Shown one piece after another: positions 23,482-35,924 of a stretch of 64,000 bases of DNA. Origin of the DNA: Adineta vaga (taxonomy: Eukaryota; Animalia; Rotifera); assembly GCA_021613535.1 (NCBI GenBank), contig CP075497.1:2108001-2172000 (forward strand). Reading direction: 5' to 3'. Under the pieces are notes generated by a model that was given only the letters and a program-made list of their open reading frames with translations, was not told where the DNA came from and searched no databases. A program made the position numbers and the translations under genes. The first letter of the stretch is position 1. Every line of letters begins with the position of its first letter.

Positions 23482-23941
23482 GATCCTTTGAAAAAAGTTC
23501 TTGTCAATGCTCTTGGAACTTCGAATATTTTTGAAACTTTGTCGTTCGTGTTTTATCAAAGAAACTTACCCTAGGATTTTCATCGCTTTAACTTCACATG
23601 TTTATGCTTCGGTTGTTTATGAATAATTTGTTACAGAAACACCTACGTTGAATTCAATGTCTGCTTACCAAATCAACAAAGCACATGCTGATCAATGGAT
23701 AGAATTTTATCAAATAAAATATAATTTGCCTGTATGTACAGATCGAACCTTCATTGATATATTCAATATTGGTACTGGAAATGCAGTATGACTTTTTGAC
23801 TTAGTTCAATCGATTAAAGAAAAACTTGACCGTCATGATCATGATGTGGCTGTTGTTTACACGAGTACAGACACCCATCATCTTGCGGGTAATGCTACCA
23901 AATTAAACGATATTGGTTTTTTCATACGTCATTTGATATGA
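23482..23941 (+). pseudogene. Degraded NAD-dependent nucleotide-sugar epimerase/dehydratase (extended SDR) fragment
   Basis: Reads DPLKKVLVNALGTSNIFET/CRSCFIKETYPRIFIALTSHVYASVVYE*FVTETPTLNSMSAYQINKAHADQWIEFYQIKYNLPVCTDRTFIDIFNIGTGNAV*LFDLVQSIKEKL…HHLAGNATKLNDIGF: SDR NxxGT, YxxxK and FNIGTG motifs in order, with a frameshift near 23539, stops at 23624 and 23789, and an apparent internal deletion. Confidence 0.7.
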
Positions 23942-24470
23942 AAACTTTACTAGATTCATTTTTCACTCATAATCAAACTTTTGTTATTAACAGTAATTAA
24001 TAAGATATGATGATATATAGTTTTTTTAAAGTAAATGTTTCAGAAATGATACCAAAACATGATCGAGTTGACTCTATAAGGTGAAGATGGGAGTGATAGA
24101 TGATATTTAAGCTCACGCCCTCAAGATGGTAACAAAGCACTACTTTTACAAAATCTTCAAATAAGATATTACATGTTGAAAGTTATATATTCATAGACAG
24201 CGCAAATATTTTCAAGTAATTAATTTCTTTTAGCAGTAGTTATTTGATCAAACGAAAAGCAAAACTTACTATAGCTGTAGTATAGTGTTTTTTGAAGAAG
24301 GATGAAGTCTCTATTTTTTAATACAAAAAATGCAGCATATTCAATTTTTGAAAAGAAGCTTATCATTTAATAGTATTTCATTTTTATGAAATTCTCTTAT
24401 TAGTCACCGGCTCTCATACTTCTATACTTTCTTTCTTTACTTTCTAGAACAATACTTTATCGCTCTTCTC

Positions 24471-24630
24471 TACCCAGCTCGGACAATCCGGTGTGGAAAC
24501 GGTCGATCCTGAAGAATTTTGAGTTTTCAGTGGAAGCATTTATCTCGTTCCAGTCGAAACTGACAGAAATCTGTCAAACAGACAGTCGGATACGATCTCA
24601 GATTCCTGGCAATTTCCTTCGTCAACTATG
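24471..24630. repeat. GC-richer stretch, probable relic of a short interspersed or transposon-derived repeat
   Basis: Abrupt compositional change beginning tacccagctcggacaatccgg; no matching second end found in the window. Confidence 0.3.
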
Positions 24631-24775
24631 TGATGATATATCTGTGTATATGTGTGTGTTCATTCTCTTGTCTTTAAATCGACACCTTGTTACTTAATTA
24701 TGTGTAAAGAAAAATCAACTGTAAGTAGTGAACTGATTATAGTGTTGATAAATGTTTCCTTTTTCTTGGTAGATA

Positions 24776-25470
24776 ATGAATTTTCATTATTCTAGTGATT
24801 ACTCTTTGAATGATGGATGTAAGTAAAAGTTGTAAATTCTTTTTGGTGACATTTATTCTATTTGTTCTGGGATGAAATCAGACGAACTGATGCAAAAAAT
24901 TTACCAGAAATCATTGAACATTTACAAATACTCTCATCACAACACGACATTGATCTTCAAGAAAAAGATAATATTGTTGAGTTAAGTTGTAGTATAATTG
25001 AAAAGAGAAAATGCTGCCCTAAACGAACAATTGAAACAGTCAAAAAGAAATCTTCAATATCTAATGATACAGTTTATCACCAGTGAGCAACGCGGTGTTC
25101 ATATCTTCGAATGTGGAACTGGTTCTCAATGATATTTGGCTTCTATTTCTATGTTGTTAATAACAAATGTTACTGGAAGTAAATATTCTCGATTTTTTCC
25201 AGAATATTTTGATCATTCTTACGAACGCTTCATCGTCTGTTTTTGTTCATGGTGTTCTTATTATTTTTTTTGTAATTTTGTATAAGATTTGTGTGTTAAA
25301 GAAATAGAATGTATTATATTATGTATACCAGAATCGGTACCAAGGATAATCTATGACCATCAATTTCATACATTGATTCTCAAACTGATCAACAGTTTTG
25401 GAATTACGTATTTAATGGGTATAAAAACATATCTGTTAAACTTATAATAAGGAATATTGAAACTAAATCG
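24776..25470 (+). pseudogene. Possible decayed gene of unknown family
   Basis: ATG plus gtaagt donor near 24776-24824, protein-like frame 24862-25086 and further protein-like segments in other frames broken by stops; no motif recognised. Confidence 0.2.
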
Positions 25471-25752
25471 TCATCTGTGATTTTATTATGTATACTTTTT
25501 TTTCTTGCTTTCAAAATTTACTTTTAATGAGCAACAGAGATTTCTGAAGATTTATTCCGTTGACTATTTATCGTACATCAATTTAATTCATTTTTGAACA
25601 CACAAACCCTATAATTTTCACATATCGTTTTCTTTATTAAAGACTTAAACACATACACACACTTTCTCTGCTTTATTCTTATCAAGTTATACCTATAAAT
25701 ACAATCCGAAACCAAAACTATCAAGGAAAAAAGTTATCAAAAAATAAGTGAA

Positions 25753-27045
25753 CTACCAATCTAGTGGATCTACTAAACTTTCTTGATCTTCTCTAGAAAG
25801 ATAAAATTGATTATACCATCGACGCATTTTCAATATGGGACCATCATTTTTCACAAGAAATGGTGCCCGTTTAAAGACCTAAAATGAGAAAACCAATCAT
25901 TCTTTTCGCTCTCTCCAAGTGCTTACTTTATTTTCCCAAACAATAATATCTCGCTGCCATTGTGCAATCCAATTTCCAATAACATACCAATTTAAAAATC
26001 TTGGCATTTTCATTTCTACGTAAGCACGAAATTCGACATCTAATTCCGTAAAACTCGTTGGTGTATGTGTATGAAATAAATAAATTCTTCCAAAATCAAC
26101 ATCAAAACGAAATAGAGTTATACCAGCAGGACCATAAAACGTAATTGAAGCATTTGCTTTCGTTGATTCATAACTTTTTCCAAATAATTTTATCATAGCT
26201 GTATCATAGAAATAAGCGATATACGGTTTTTCTTGATCAAACACTAAGGATGCTTGGTGATTAACAAATACATATGGAACACGCCATTCAGTCCATGGAA
26301 TTAACATCTGACCATGTAATGGTTGAAAATGTTGAAAATCAGCAGCATTTTCAGCAAATTCTTGTAAATGCATTTGAATATTTGGATAACGATAAACACC
26401 ACGAAATTCAAATTTATCACCATTTAATTCGTCAATCTCGATAGCATCATAATGCGGTGATTCATTCAATGGATGATACCAAATCATAATCATACCATAA
26501 CGTTCAACACATGGATAAGCTTGCATTTTAGCCTTAAAGAACAATTAAGTCTTTTACACAATACAATTGATTGATTTATTCTTTACCTTCTCAGGTATCT
26601 TTCCATCGACATATGGAAGTTTTGTACAACGTCCAGTTTCACCATTGAATTCCCATAGATGAAAAGGACATTGAATACAATTTGTACCAGGCATAACACG
26701 TCCACCAAATGCTAAATTTGCTCCCATATGAACGCAAAATGCATCGAGAACATAGACTTGATTATGTTCATCATCTGATCGAAAAATGACCATTTCTCTT
26801 CCAAGTATAAATGCATGTTTTACTTGTCCACGTTGATTCACTTCATCGGAATCACAAATACGATACCAACCACATGGATATTGACGTGGATATGTTTGAC
26901 TTCGATCTACACCTCGACGAGCTTTACGAGTAGTTATCTTCGATTTTCTCCATCGTTGAATATAAAAAAATATAAAAATGATTGGAAGGACAAACCAATA
27001 GAGAGAAAATAATTTTCCCACAATTTCTATGTTAAGAAAACTCAT
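25753..27045 (-). CDS. nvd: Rieske cholesterol 7-desaturase (Neverland/DAF-36 family); exons 27045-26587, 26532-25927, 25878-25753
   Basis: N-terminal TM; YPCGWY; Rieske motif LDAFCVHMGANL…IQCPFHLWEF; mononuclear iron motif ENAADFQHFQPLH; QWQRDIIVWENK|VFKRAPFLVKNDGPILKMRRWYNQFY…LDW*. Confidence 0.9.
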
Positions 27046-27744
27046 CTAAAAGACCATAAGATTTCTAAATATTTTTCTGAGAAAAAAAAAGATCGTGACT
27101 TAAAACATGCTTTTTTTATCTTTTTCTTTTTGTCAACTTTGAATATTTGTGCTCATTTTTATTTGGTATTACTTACCGACGTTTCTTCGTGCTTGAGTGA
27201 CGTTATATGTGTACATAGGTTTGTTTCGGTTGCATTGGCAAAAAGAGCACACAAACGTCTCCGACAATAAAATCATTTTCTTTTTGCTCTGTGTATTATA
27301 ACCATAAGCAACGTAGAGATTTTTTCTTTCTTTCTCTCTTCGATTTATGTGAACTGATTGAGAAATATTCAAAGAACGTTTAAATAGGTGAAAGTACTCA
27401 ATATGTCGATACGATCAATTGACACAAAAATAAATCAACGAAATGAGAAGAAATGTATTATCATTAAGTCTTGCACATAAACAACAAAAGCACATTTTTT
27501 TCCGTATACTTTGCAATATTTGTTCTTTGTAAATGAAAATCTAATGACAAATTCACCATCTGCTCATTTTTCTTATCTAATTCTCTGTAAATTACATAAA
27601 CGTAAAACGTTTTATTTTGAAAATTCAAAACACAATTGTCTTTGTTCTTCTCTCTATCTTTCGTATATACACAAAACACGTGTTTGATTCGTTCGTTTAT
27701 TTAACATATTTACATTTTTCCTTCAACTTGAATTCATATTTTAA

Positions 27745-29447
27745 ATGTCCTTAGAAACGTCGATATTTTCATCATCTCAATTAAATCGTCGATCAGCAAA
27801 ACGTTTTCGTCCATTAATACAATGTAATCATATAAATAATCAAACGAAGGAACAATGTTCAGCTGATGGCTTTATGGAATGTGTTCATTGTGACAAAATT
27901 TGTTGTCTTTTTCATATAACACAACATCAAGATGAATTAAAGCAAATTCGAGATCAACTTGTCGAGGTTAAAATCTTGTTCAGATCAATTTTGTTGTTTT
28001 GATTTCGATCTTTTTTTTAGGAAGCAAGTGAAACTTATTTAACATTAAGTGAAATGCAAGTAACAGACACACGAGAACAACTTCAAGAGAATTTAATTCT
28101 ATGGAAAAAACGAATGTTCAATAAAATTGAACGAATTCATCATCAACTTCTTGGTAAAGTAAAATGTGAACTTTTTGTTTTTCTAATCAAATTTTTCTTT
28201 AGATGACGTTGAACAATCATTTATTAAAGTCAATTCAGAATTTGAATTAAAAAAGAAGAATTTAATTCATGATTTTGATGAAAATATTTCCACCAAACTT
28301 GAACGTCTTTCATTAAAATATGATTTTTATCCACATGAACTTGATGATTTAAAAATGTCGTTAAATGAAATGTTTAGTCGAATACGTGATGCACGAACAT
28401 CAATTATAAATATTGATTTTGGTAATGGAAATCCATGTTTATTAGATGATGATGAATCATTTGAGTATGAAAATAATATTGAATCACCAAAAATTATTAT
28501 TCAAACAAAACCTGATATTGAACGAATTCTTAACGGATCGTATCTTCGACAATTTCAACTTGAAAATGACAATTCAACCAATCATATTCCAATTCTATAT
28601 GATACATCAAATAAACATGTAAATCTTTCTTTCTTATCGAAAAGAAAAAACCTTTGAATTCTTTAGTTATTGGTTTGTAATTATGAAAATAATACTTTGG
28701 AATTATACAATCATGAAGAACGTATTGGTGGTGGATTTTGGCCAAAAGATTCGTCAGGAATTACATGTATCAAATGGTGTTCATATTTAAATACATTTCT
28801 TGTTCTATGTTCACAATCTCTCTATGCATTGAATTGTTCTCAGCAACCATTTAATATTCATATCATTACACAAGTAAATCAAATAAATTTTTTCGTTTTT
28901 TAGAAATTCTCTTATTTAGATCACATCAATTGATGGTAATCCAATGAAATATTTGACTTTAAATAATGATTTGATGTTAATTAAACATGGTAATGGTTTA
29001 TTTATTGATAAATATTCATTAAAATCAATGGAATTACTAAAACGTTGGTCAAAAACGGACTTTTATCCGAATGATGAAAGTTTAGTCGATATTCATCGTT
29101 TAGAATTTTCATCGAATTTTTATCTCGTTATGAATGTTGAAATCAATGATGAAACAAATGTTTTAGATTTATTTATCTTTCCAACTCTTCAACATATTCG
29201 TCGATTAGAAAATTGTTATTTTATTCTTTATTTACCATTAAATAACTATTGGATTATCAAACAAATCAATGACAGTAATCAACATGATTTATGTCTTTTA
29301 GATCAAAATGGACAAATCAATCGTTTAAATATCACTGAAAGTGAAAATATCATTGGAATGCGTTTCTTTGGTAAACAATATTTCTTAGTTCTTCATCAAA
29401 TTGAAAATTCTATTCAAATACAATTGTTTCATATTGATAAATTCTAA
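27745..29447 (+). CDS. Uncharacterised B-box-like zinc finger plus coiled-coil protein with beta-rich C-terminal domain, five exons
   Basis: C…C…CVHCDKICCLFHITQH motif followed by a helical charged region and a beta-strand-rich C-terminus; four short GT-AG introns link ORFs 27745, 28355, 28670 and 28944. Confidence 0.65.
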
Positions 29448-30052
29448 ATAATTCGTTTTATGTGTATTGAAAGATTTGTTAAATAAAGAAAGAAAGAAAA
29501 TGATTCATCAATTGTAATCAGAAAGAACAAATGTATGAGATTAAATTTCAATTGAATTGATAAGAAGAAAACAAATCGATGTGTCTGTTTCGATTCTCAT
29601 CAGAAAGAAAACACACACACACACACACACGTATTTCTTCATTTTTATCGACAAATATAAGCTTGTTAATAAAATTTTTGATTTTCATAGGCACTAGTCG
29701 TGTGTGTTGATTAAAAATAAAGCTTATCACGCAAAGAAAATAAGTAGAAACGACCGTATGGCAAGAAAAAATGTCGCCTTTTTTCTTCTTTCACAGACAT
29801 TGCCGTTATATTTTTATCAAATTTTCTTTCGAAAAATCCAATCGGTTCAGTTTTCTAGTTTGAAAATTCATCGAGAAAACGTTATCGAGGTCACTGGAAG
29901 AGCTACATTCATTTTTCTTTACATATTCAGACGTGTTTTTTTTCTCTCTCTCTTTCTCTCTCGTGTTTATATTATTTTAGATCGTGTGTTTAAAAGTGTT
30001 CTACTAACATAAATTCGTTAGTCAGTTAAACGAACAATAAGTTATCCTAACA

Positions 30053-30848
30053 ATGCGTTCAAATAAGCTTTTGTTTCTAATCTTTTTGGTCTTATATTTC
30101 ATCGCTGGTTTATCACTTTTGATTGCCGGTAGTGTTGCTCATCGACAAGCAACACATTGTAAGTTTAATAAATCTTTTCAAATTGATTTCTTTATGTTTT
30201 TTTTTCAAAAATTAGTTTCAAATATTACTGGTTATTCATTAATGTCTAGTGCTGGTTTTGTCATTGCATTAGGTGTTATTATTCTTTTACTTACGGCAGT
30301 TGGTAAATGAGAGATTTTTTTCTTCTTCTTTAAATCAAATAACGTTTTCTTTGTTGCTAGGTTTTCTTGGAGCATATAAGAATCGTTTGAGTTTATTAAA
30401 AGTCTTTATTGGCTCATTAATAATTATTCTCTTACTTCAATTAATTGCTTCAATCGTTGCATTTACACTTCGAAATAAAGCAGAAGATCAATTACGTACA
30501 AAATTACTTAAAACATTACCAACATACGAATCAGATTCATTAGTTCGACGAGAATGGGATCGTTTACAACAAGATTGGAAATGTTGTGGTGTAAATAATG
30601 CAACAGATTGGAAAGATTTTACTAGTAGAAATGATCCTCCAAACTCATGTTGTTCCGATAATGATTGTAACAAGCCAGATTCAGTTAAATTCATCAAAGG
30701 TTGTTATGATTCAGCATTAAATATCTTCTTCAAATATTCCAAATCATTAGGTGTTGTTACACTCTTCTTTTTTATTGTCGAAATTGCTGGTTTAGTCTTA
30801 GGAATTCATCTTCTTCGCGATTTAAAGAATAATTATGGAAGTGTTTAA
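30053..30848 (+). CDS. Tetraspanin; exons 30053-30158, 30216-30302, 30361-30848
   Basis: Four TMs; large loop with WDRLQQDWKCCG, PPNSCC and KGCY; C-terminal YGSV (YxxPhi sorting motif as in CD63-like members). Confidence 0.92.
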
Positions 30849-31235
30849 ATCGACATTTCTTTTGACATACACTTACACTTTTTTCTTTGTTGTCTTGTTC
30901 ACATTTTATTTAACATTCTCTTCTTCATCTTTGTTGTTGTTTTCTTATTTTATCAAGAAATTTAGTAAACATCATATTTCAGCAGATTTATATTTAGTTC
31001 ATTTATTAATATTGAGAAAACAAATGGGAATTAGTCAACGTTATCGCGATAGTAATAAATGTTCTCAATAATGAAAGAAAAAAAACAAATGTTATGATAA
31101 TCAGAAATTTGATAGAAAATATTTGAAATTTATATGATGTAATATTTCACCTGCATTCACCTTGAATAGATAATTAATGTTGACATTTACTTTCTCATCA
31201 TTATTCTTCATTGGTTAAGATGAATTCATCTATTG

Positions 31236-31493
31236 TCACGTAAAGAAAAGACCTTTGAAAATCCAATCAAAAAATCTTTCCCATGAAGTTTTGTTTGGTT
31301 TGAAAGCAATAGAAAGAATTGTATAATAAAATATCAAACTAACAATCAAGACAATAAAGAATAAGATCATTAAACGAATTAGAATCAAAAGAAGATTATT
31401 GATAGAGATTAATAATCGAGATGGTAATGGAAATTCTTTTTCTTTCTTATCAAATATTGAATTTGAAGAATCTGATCGAATGATTTTGTTCAT
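31236..31493 (-). CDS. Small single-pass membrane protein, 85 aa, unknown
   Basis: ATG-initiated ORF with one long hydrophobic segment and amphipathic C-terminus SWERFFDWIF. Confidence 0.4.
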   Translation of the reverse strand: MNKIIRSDSSNSIFDKKEKEFPLPSRLLISINNLLLILIRLMILFFIVLIVSLIFYYTILSIAFKPNKTSWERFFDWIFKGLFFT

Positions 31494-32299
31494 TGTTTAA
31501 GAACGGAAAATTTTTGTTGATTATTTAAGCGCTTTATAATATCTTGTCATGTTTTGAGTATTTAGTTTGAAATTTAATCATGTACAATCGAACATGTCGA
31601 AGGTGATTTCCTGATTTTGATCTAATGATGGAATTTGATTATTATTATGTCATTTAAAATTCTTTTTTTTTCCTTCTGTTTGAATATTGAACATAAATAT
31701 AAGAAGTTTTATTCTAATAAACTTCAAATAATCAATAATGTATATTCTCTGCGTATGTTAATCAATTTTTTTCGAAGTTAAACAAGATATTTTTATGATC
31801 TTCTCAATGTCTGAATGATAATCATGAGAAGATTGTATACAATTCACATTTGCATTGTCATTCTTTCTTTTTTTTGTCAGAACAAGGTCTTGTCAAATGA
31901 CGATAAGTTCAACTCGTCTGTTTTTCTTTTGATTGATTGCTCTCAGCTGTTAACTGAATGAGGACTAAAGTGGGTCACTGAATCTCGAACAGTCTCGTTT
32001 ACTGTATATCAACGCCGATAGGATGATTCAGATAATTGAGTCAACTCATAGAAGTGTTGAGTAGACAAATGAGATGGTACCACTTTTAGGTACTTTCGTT
32101 CTTCTTCTTATGTAAACACAAAAGTAGTCGTTGTCGACATAGTTATCGTTGATCCATTGTTTCTTAAAGCGAATGAATGAAAATTGATCTGAAATATTTG
32201 AACAGCTAGATGAATTTCTCAGAATGTAAAGAAAAGAAAAGATGATGATGTAAAACTACAAGACTTAGTTACTACTGCCATCATAGGATTTCACTTTCT

Positions 32300-32324
32300 C
32301 TTCTTCTTCTTCTTCTTCTTCTTC
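32300..32324. repeat. (CTT)n microsatellite
   Basis: About eight consecutive CTT units seen directly. Confidence 0.85.
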
Positions 32325-34324
32325 CCACTCTTTTCTATACACATAGGAGAGAACGGAGAAGAAGAGAGAGAGAAAGAAGTATGTAATATTCTTTCTCAGA
32401 TTGCAGCAGATGAAGGTTGATAATGAACAATCATCAGCCAGTAAAAGTAAAGGTAGTTGAACAATAATACAAAAGAGAAAAGAAGAGAAGAGATTTCGTT
32501 TTTATGTAAATACATCGGTTATGATGATGATGGTAACGGGTGTGTGATTCTTTTTCATCAGAAGAATTGCCTGTCTCAAGTAACGTTTTCTCGCTCTTAT
32601 TCGCATGTGTACATACAAATGCCGAATAAAATCAGCAACTCTCTTTTTCTTTCTGAAAGGATATGCTAATGTACTTATTGATCAGACAAGAGGGGCTGTA
32701 GGCTTAGATAGTTCTTATACACACTTTAAAGCTTACGTATTGTCATCAAGTAAAAGAATATTTTCTTCACTCTCTCTCTCTCTCAACGTTTTTCTTTATT
32801 ATACCAACTCGATCTAATATTTGATAGAATATACATGTATCTACCATCTATTCAGAGATAAGCCGAAAAGTTATTTATGACTTAACTTATGTGGATTTCA
32901 GCAAATTGTCTTTCGTTGGCTATCATCAACCTTTCTTTTCTTTTTATTTGTCAAAACCGCAGGCAACAACGTTTTTTTTCATCATATCGTTTTTACTTTT
33001 CAAGAATGTGTTGTTCTCTTTTTTTTTTCATCGTATGCTCGGTTTGTTGCATCTTACAAATATACACGCATCTCATCATCGATCTCATCAAGAGAAGCGA
33101 AAGAGAGAGAAAGAGAGAACATACACGTTCGACAAGTGAAAGCAAAAGAGACCGCTTGAAATTTTATTCTCTCTCTCTCCTTTCCTTCTTTTGTGTGGCG
33201 AAAAAAAAACGTAAAGAGAATTTCGATTCTTCTATACACATCATACATCTGAAATCAGTCTAAGTGTCCGTTGTGCTTCATCATCAACGTCCATTGATGT
33301 AAGAAAAAAACCACACACACATACACACACACGAACAAACAGCAAAGATATTAAACTGATGGCTCATCTGACCATCGTAACAAAAAGGTATTGTCCATTT
33401 TGACGTGTGTTTTGTGATTTAACGTAAATAATTTATTTCACGCAACTCTTCTTTGATAGGTATTTCCGATAGTGTGACGAGTATTTTCTTTTACTATCAT
33501 CTTTCTTTTTCTTTCTTTCTCTCTCTCTCTCTTCTCGTTAGATTTTATTCCTATTACTTGCCAATGTTTCGGAGCAGAACGATGAAAAATGCGTTCCATA
33601 ATTATTCCTCATTGCAGAGAAAACTCAAGGTTTCTCTTTCTCGTTTTTTTTTCTTCTTCTTTACGTAAGTTGATTAAATAGAATAAAGACTTGTTGGGAC
33701 ACAGTGCTATAACATACTTTTATGTTTAATAAGACAGTTGAATCGACCAGTAAGTCAATTCTTTTTTTCTCTCTCTTCTATTCACTCTGTTTCAGATATT
33801 CTTATAATGAATTACATCATCTCGAAACAAATGTAAATAGATAGGCATCAAATTACTTGATTAGACTGTCCTTGAAAATGACTTATTCAATTTTCTTCTT
33901 TGAGGAAATGAAGAAGAGGCAATCTGTCAGTCATCTACTAAGATTGAGTAAAAAGTAAAAAAATATTATGACGGCAAGACACAGGTGTAATCATCCTTGA
34001 ACAAAAGAAAGAAAGCTAATGAAACTGAAAATGCAATTTACCTCTTGAGAAACGATAGGCTAAAAACGACGTAGATGAGTGTAGTATTACTTAAATGTTT
34101 ACAAAACAGTTTTCGACAATCTGCAAGAGCAATTGAAAATGTTCTCTTATTCTTTCTATCTTTTCATTCGAATTTGACCGCCATTCATTAATTGTTGAAA
34201 CTATGACGAAAAAAAAACAAAATAGAGATGCAATTGTTAGAAGGCAATATAAACACCAACATATTGCCTAGATGACATACGTAAAAGAATGAAAATCGAA
34301 CGAAATTTTCTTTTAAGATCATCA

Positions 34325-35924
34325 ATGACACAATGGCCAATTCAAAGAAATATCTATACATTAGTACCACAAGCTAATCCAATGACGAAATTAACTACAA
34401 CAGAAACACCACATATTTTAACAGCACATAATACAAATGCACCACGATTATCATCATCAACAACAACAACAACTTCTCCTCAACAATCGACAACATTTAA
34501 TAGTTATGATGATAGTCTAACGAATCTTTCCTGGTTACATGATATTAATATATTGAAACGAACAATGCCAGCAATAAATACTTGTTCATCGAATAAACGT
34601 AAAGAACGTCCATCATCAACGAATGATGCAGTTTATCCAAATGATATATCGGATAATCAAGATTTACCGATTAATAATGATGATGATAATGATGATCAAT
34701 GGCGTATATATAAAACAAATCCTCAAGCAAAACCGGTCTATTCCTATTCTCAGTTAATTTTATTGGCAATGAAACAATCAGGATATGACAAAATGACATT
34801 ACAAATGATCTATGAATGGGTAGCGGAAAATTTTCCTTATTTTAAAAAAATGGAACCAACTTGGCAGGTATGATTTTTCTATTTTCATTTATTTGTCAAT
34901 CAGATTCAAAAACACAAAAGATGTTTTTTTTTTCTAGAATTCAATTCGACATAATTTATCATTAAATAAATGTTTTATTAAAGTTCCACGAACTAAAAAA
35001 GAAGCTGGTAGTGGAAAAGGTGGATTTTGGAAATTATCACCTGATTATGAACGACAACGTTCAATTCTTCATACTTCACACTCTCAACAAGAGATCAATT
35101 CTCCTCCAAATAAACGTCCACGACATTCCAAACGATCAACAATGAATTCAATTATATCAACGAAGAATTTCGATATTTCTTCTCGTATATCTCATGAAAA
35201 TATCAAAACAGAATCTTGGATTGATCCGATACTTCCATGTCTACCAGTATCGAAAAATCAATCTCCACTTCATTGTCATACAACAATTCATGATCGTTCC
35301 TATGTTCGAATGCCAAGTAGTTTTCTTTCTCCGACATCTTCACCTGATTCTTTAATTGTATCGCCATTTAATCCATCTCATCTTAATGATTTTTCTTCAA
35401 TTTTAACTCCATCACCTTCAAGTTCACCCTCATCAATGTCATCAGCGATATCAAAACAAACGTTTCATGGAACTAAACTAGATGATACAGATATGCTTTT
35501 ATTAGATACATCAACGTTTGATTGGGATGCTTATTTATGTGAAACACCGAATGATATTGATGTTCAACCATTATTATCAACAAAAACTGAACAAGATTTA
35601 TTTAATGATTTCAATGCCGCATTAACAGATTTGACAACTTCAGCTGAAGCAGCCGCTGCAGCTGGTGCAGATACTCATGCTTTTGATGCTTTTGATTATA
35701 CATCGAAAAATTCTACATTCAATTGTTTATTTGATGACGATGATCAACAACAACAACAACAACAACAAGAACAATCGATTAGCGATTCTTCGAGTAATTC
35801 AGGAGAATTAACTGTAAAAGGTTGTGGAATAAAACGACCCTTATGGTGGATTAGCAATGAAAGTGTAATACCAACGAAATTACCTTCATTAGAAACAGCT
35901 TTTGATCTTAAATTATCTAAATAG
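34325..35924 (+). CDS. FOXJ1: Forkhead box J1 transcription factor; exons 34325-34867, 34938-35924
   Basis: [10 protein letters not shown] motif; [21 protein letters not shown]…PTWQ|[18 protein letters not shown]…[12 protein letters not shown]; C-terminal ELTVKG motif; acceptor just upstream of the ATG implies 5' UTR exons. Confidence 0.88.

Noticed and set aside
32457-33668. ORFs upstream of FoxJ1
   Set aside because: Low-complexity AG/CT-rich regulatory or 5' UTR sequence with no protein-like motif.
6636-34937. FoxO and FoxJ1 share an intron at W-K/Q|N-S-I-R, suggesting local duplication
   Set aside because: This intron position is an ancient feature of several Fox subfamilies; the two genes belong to distinct old classes.
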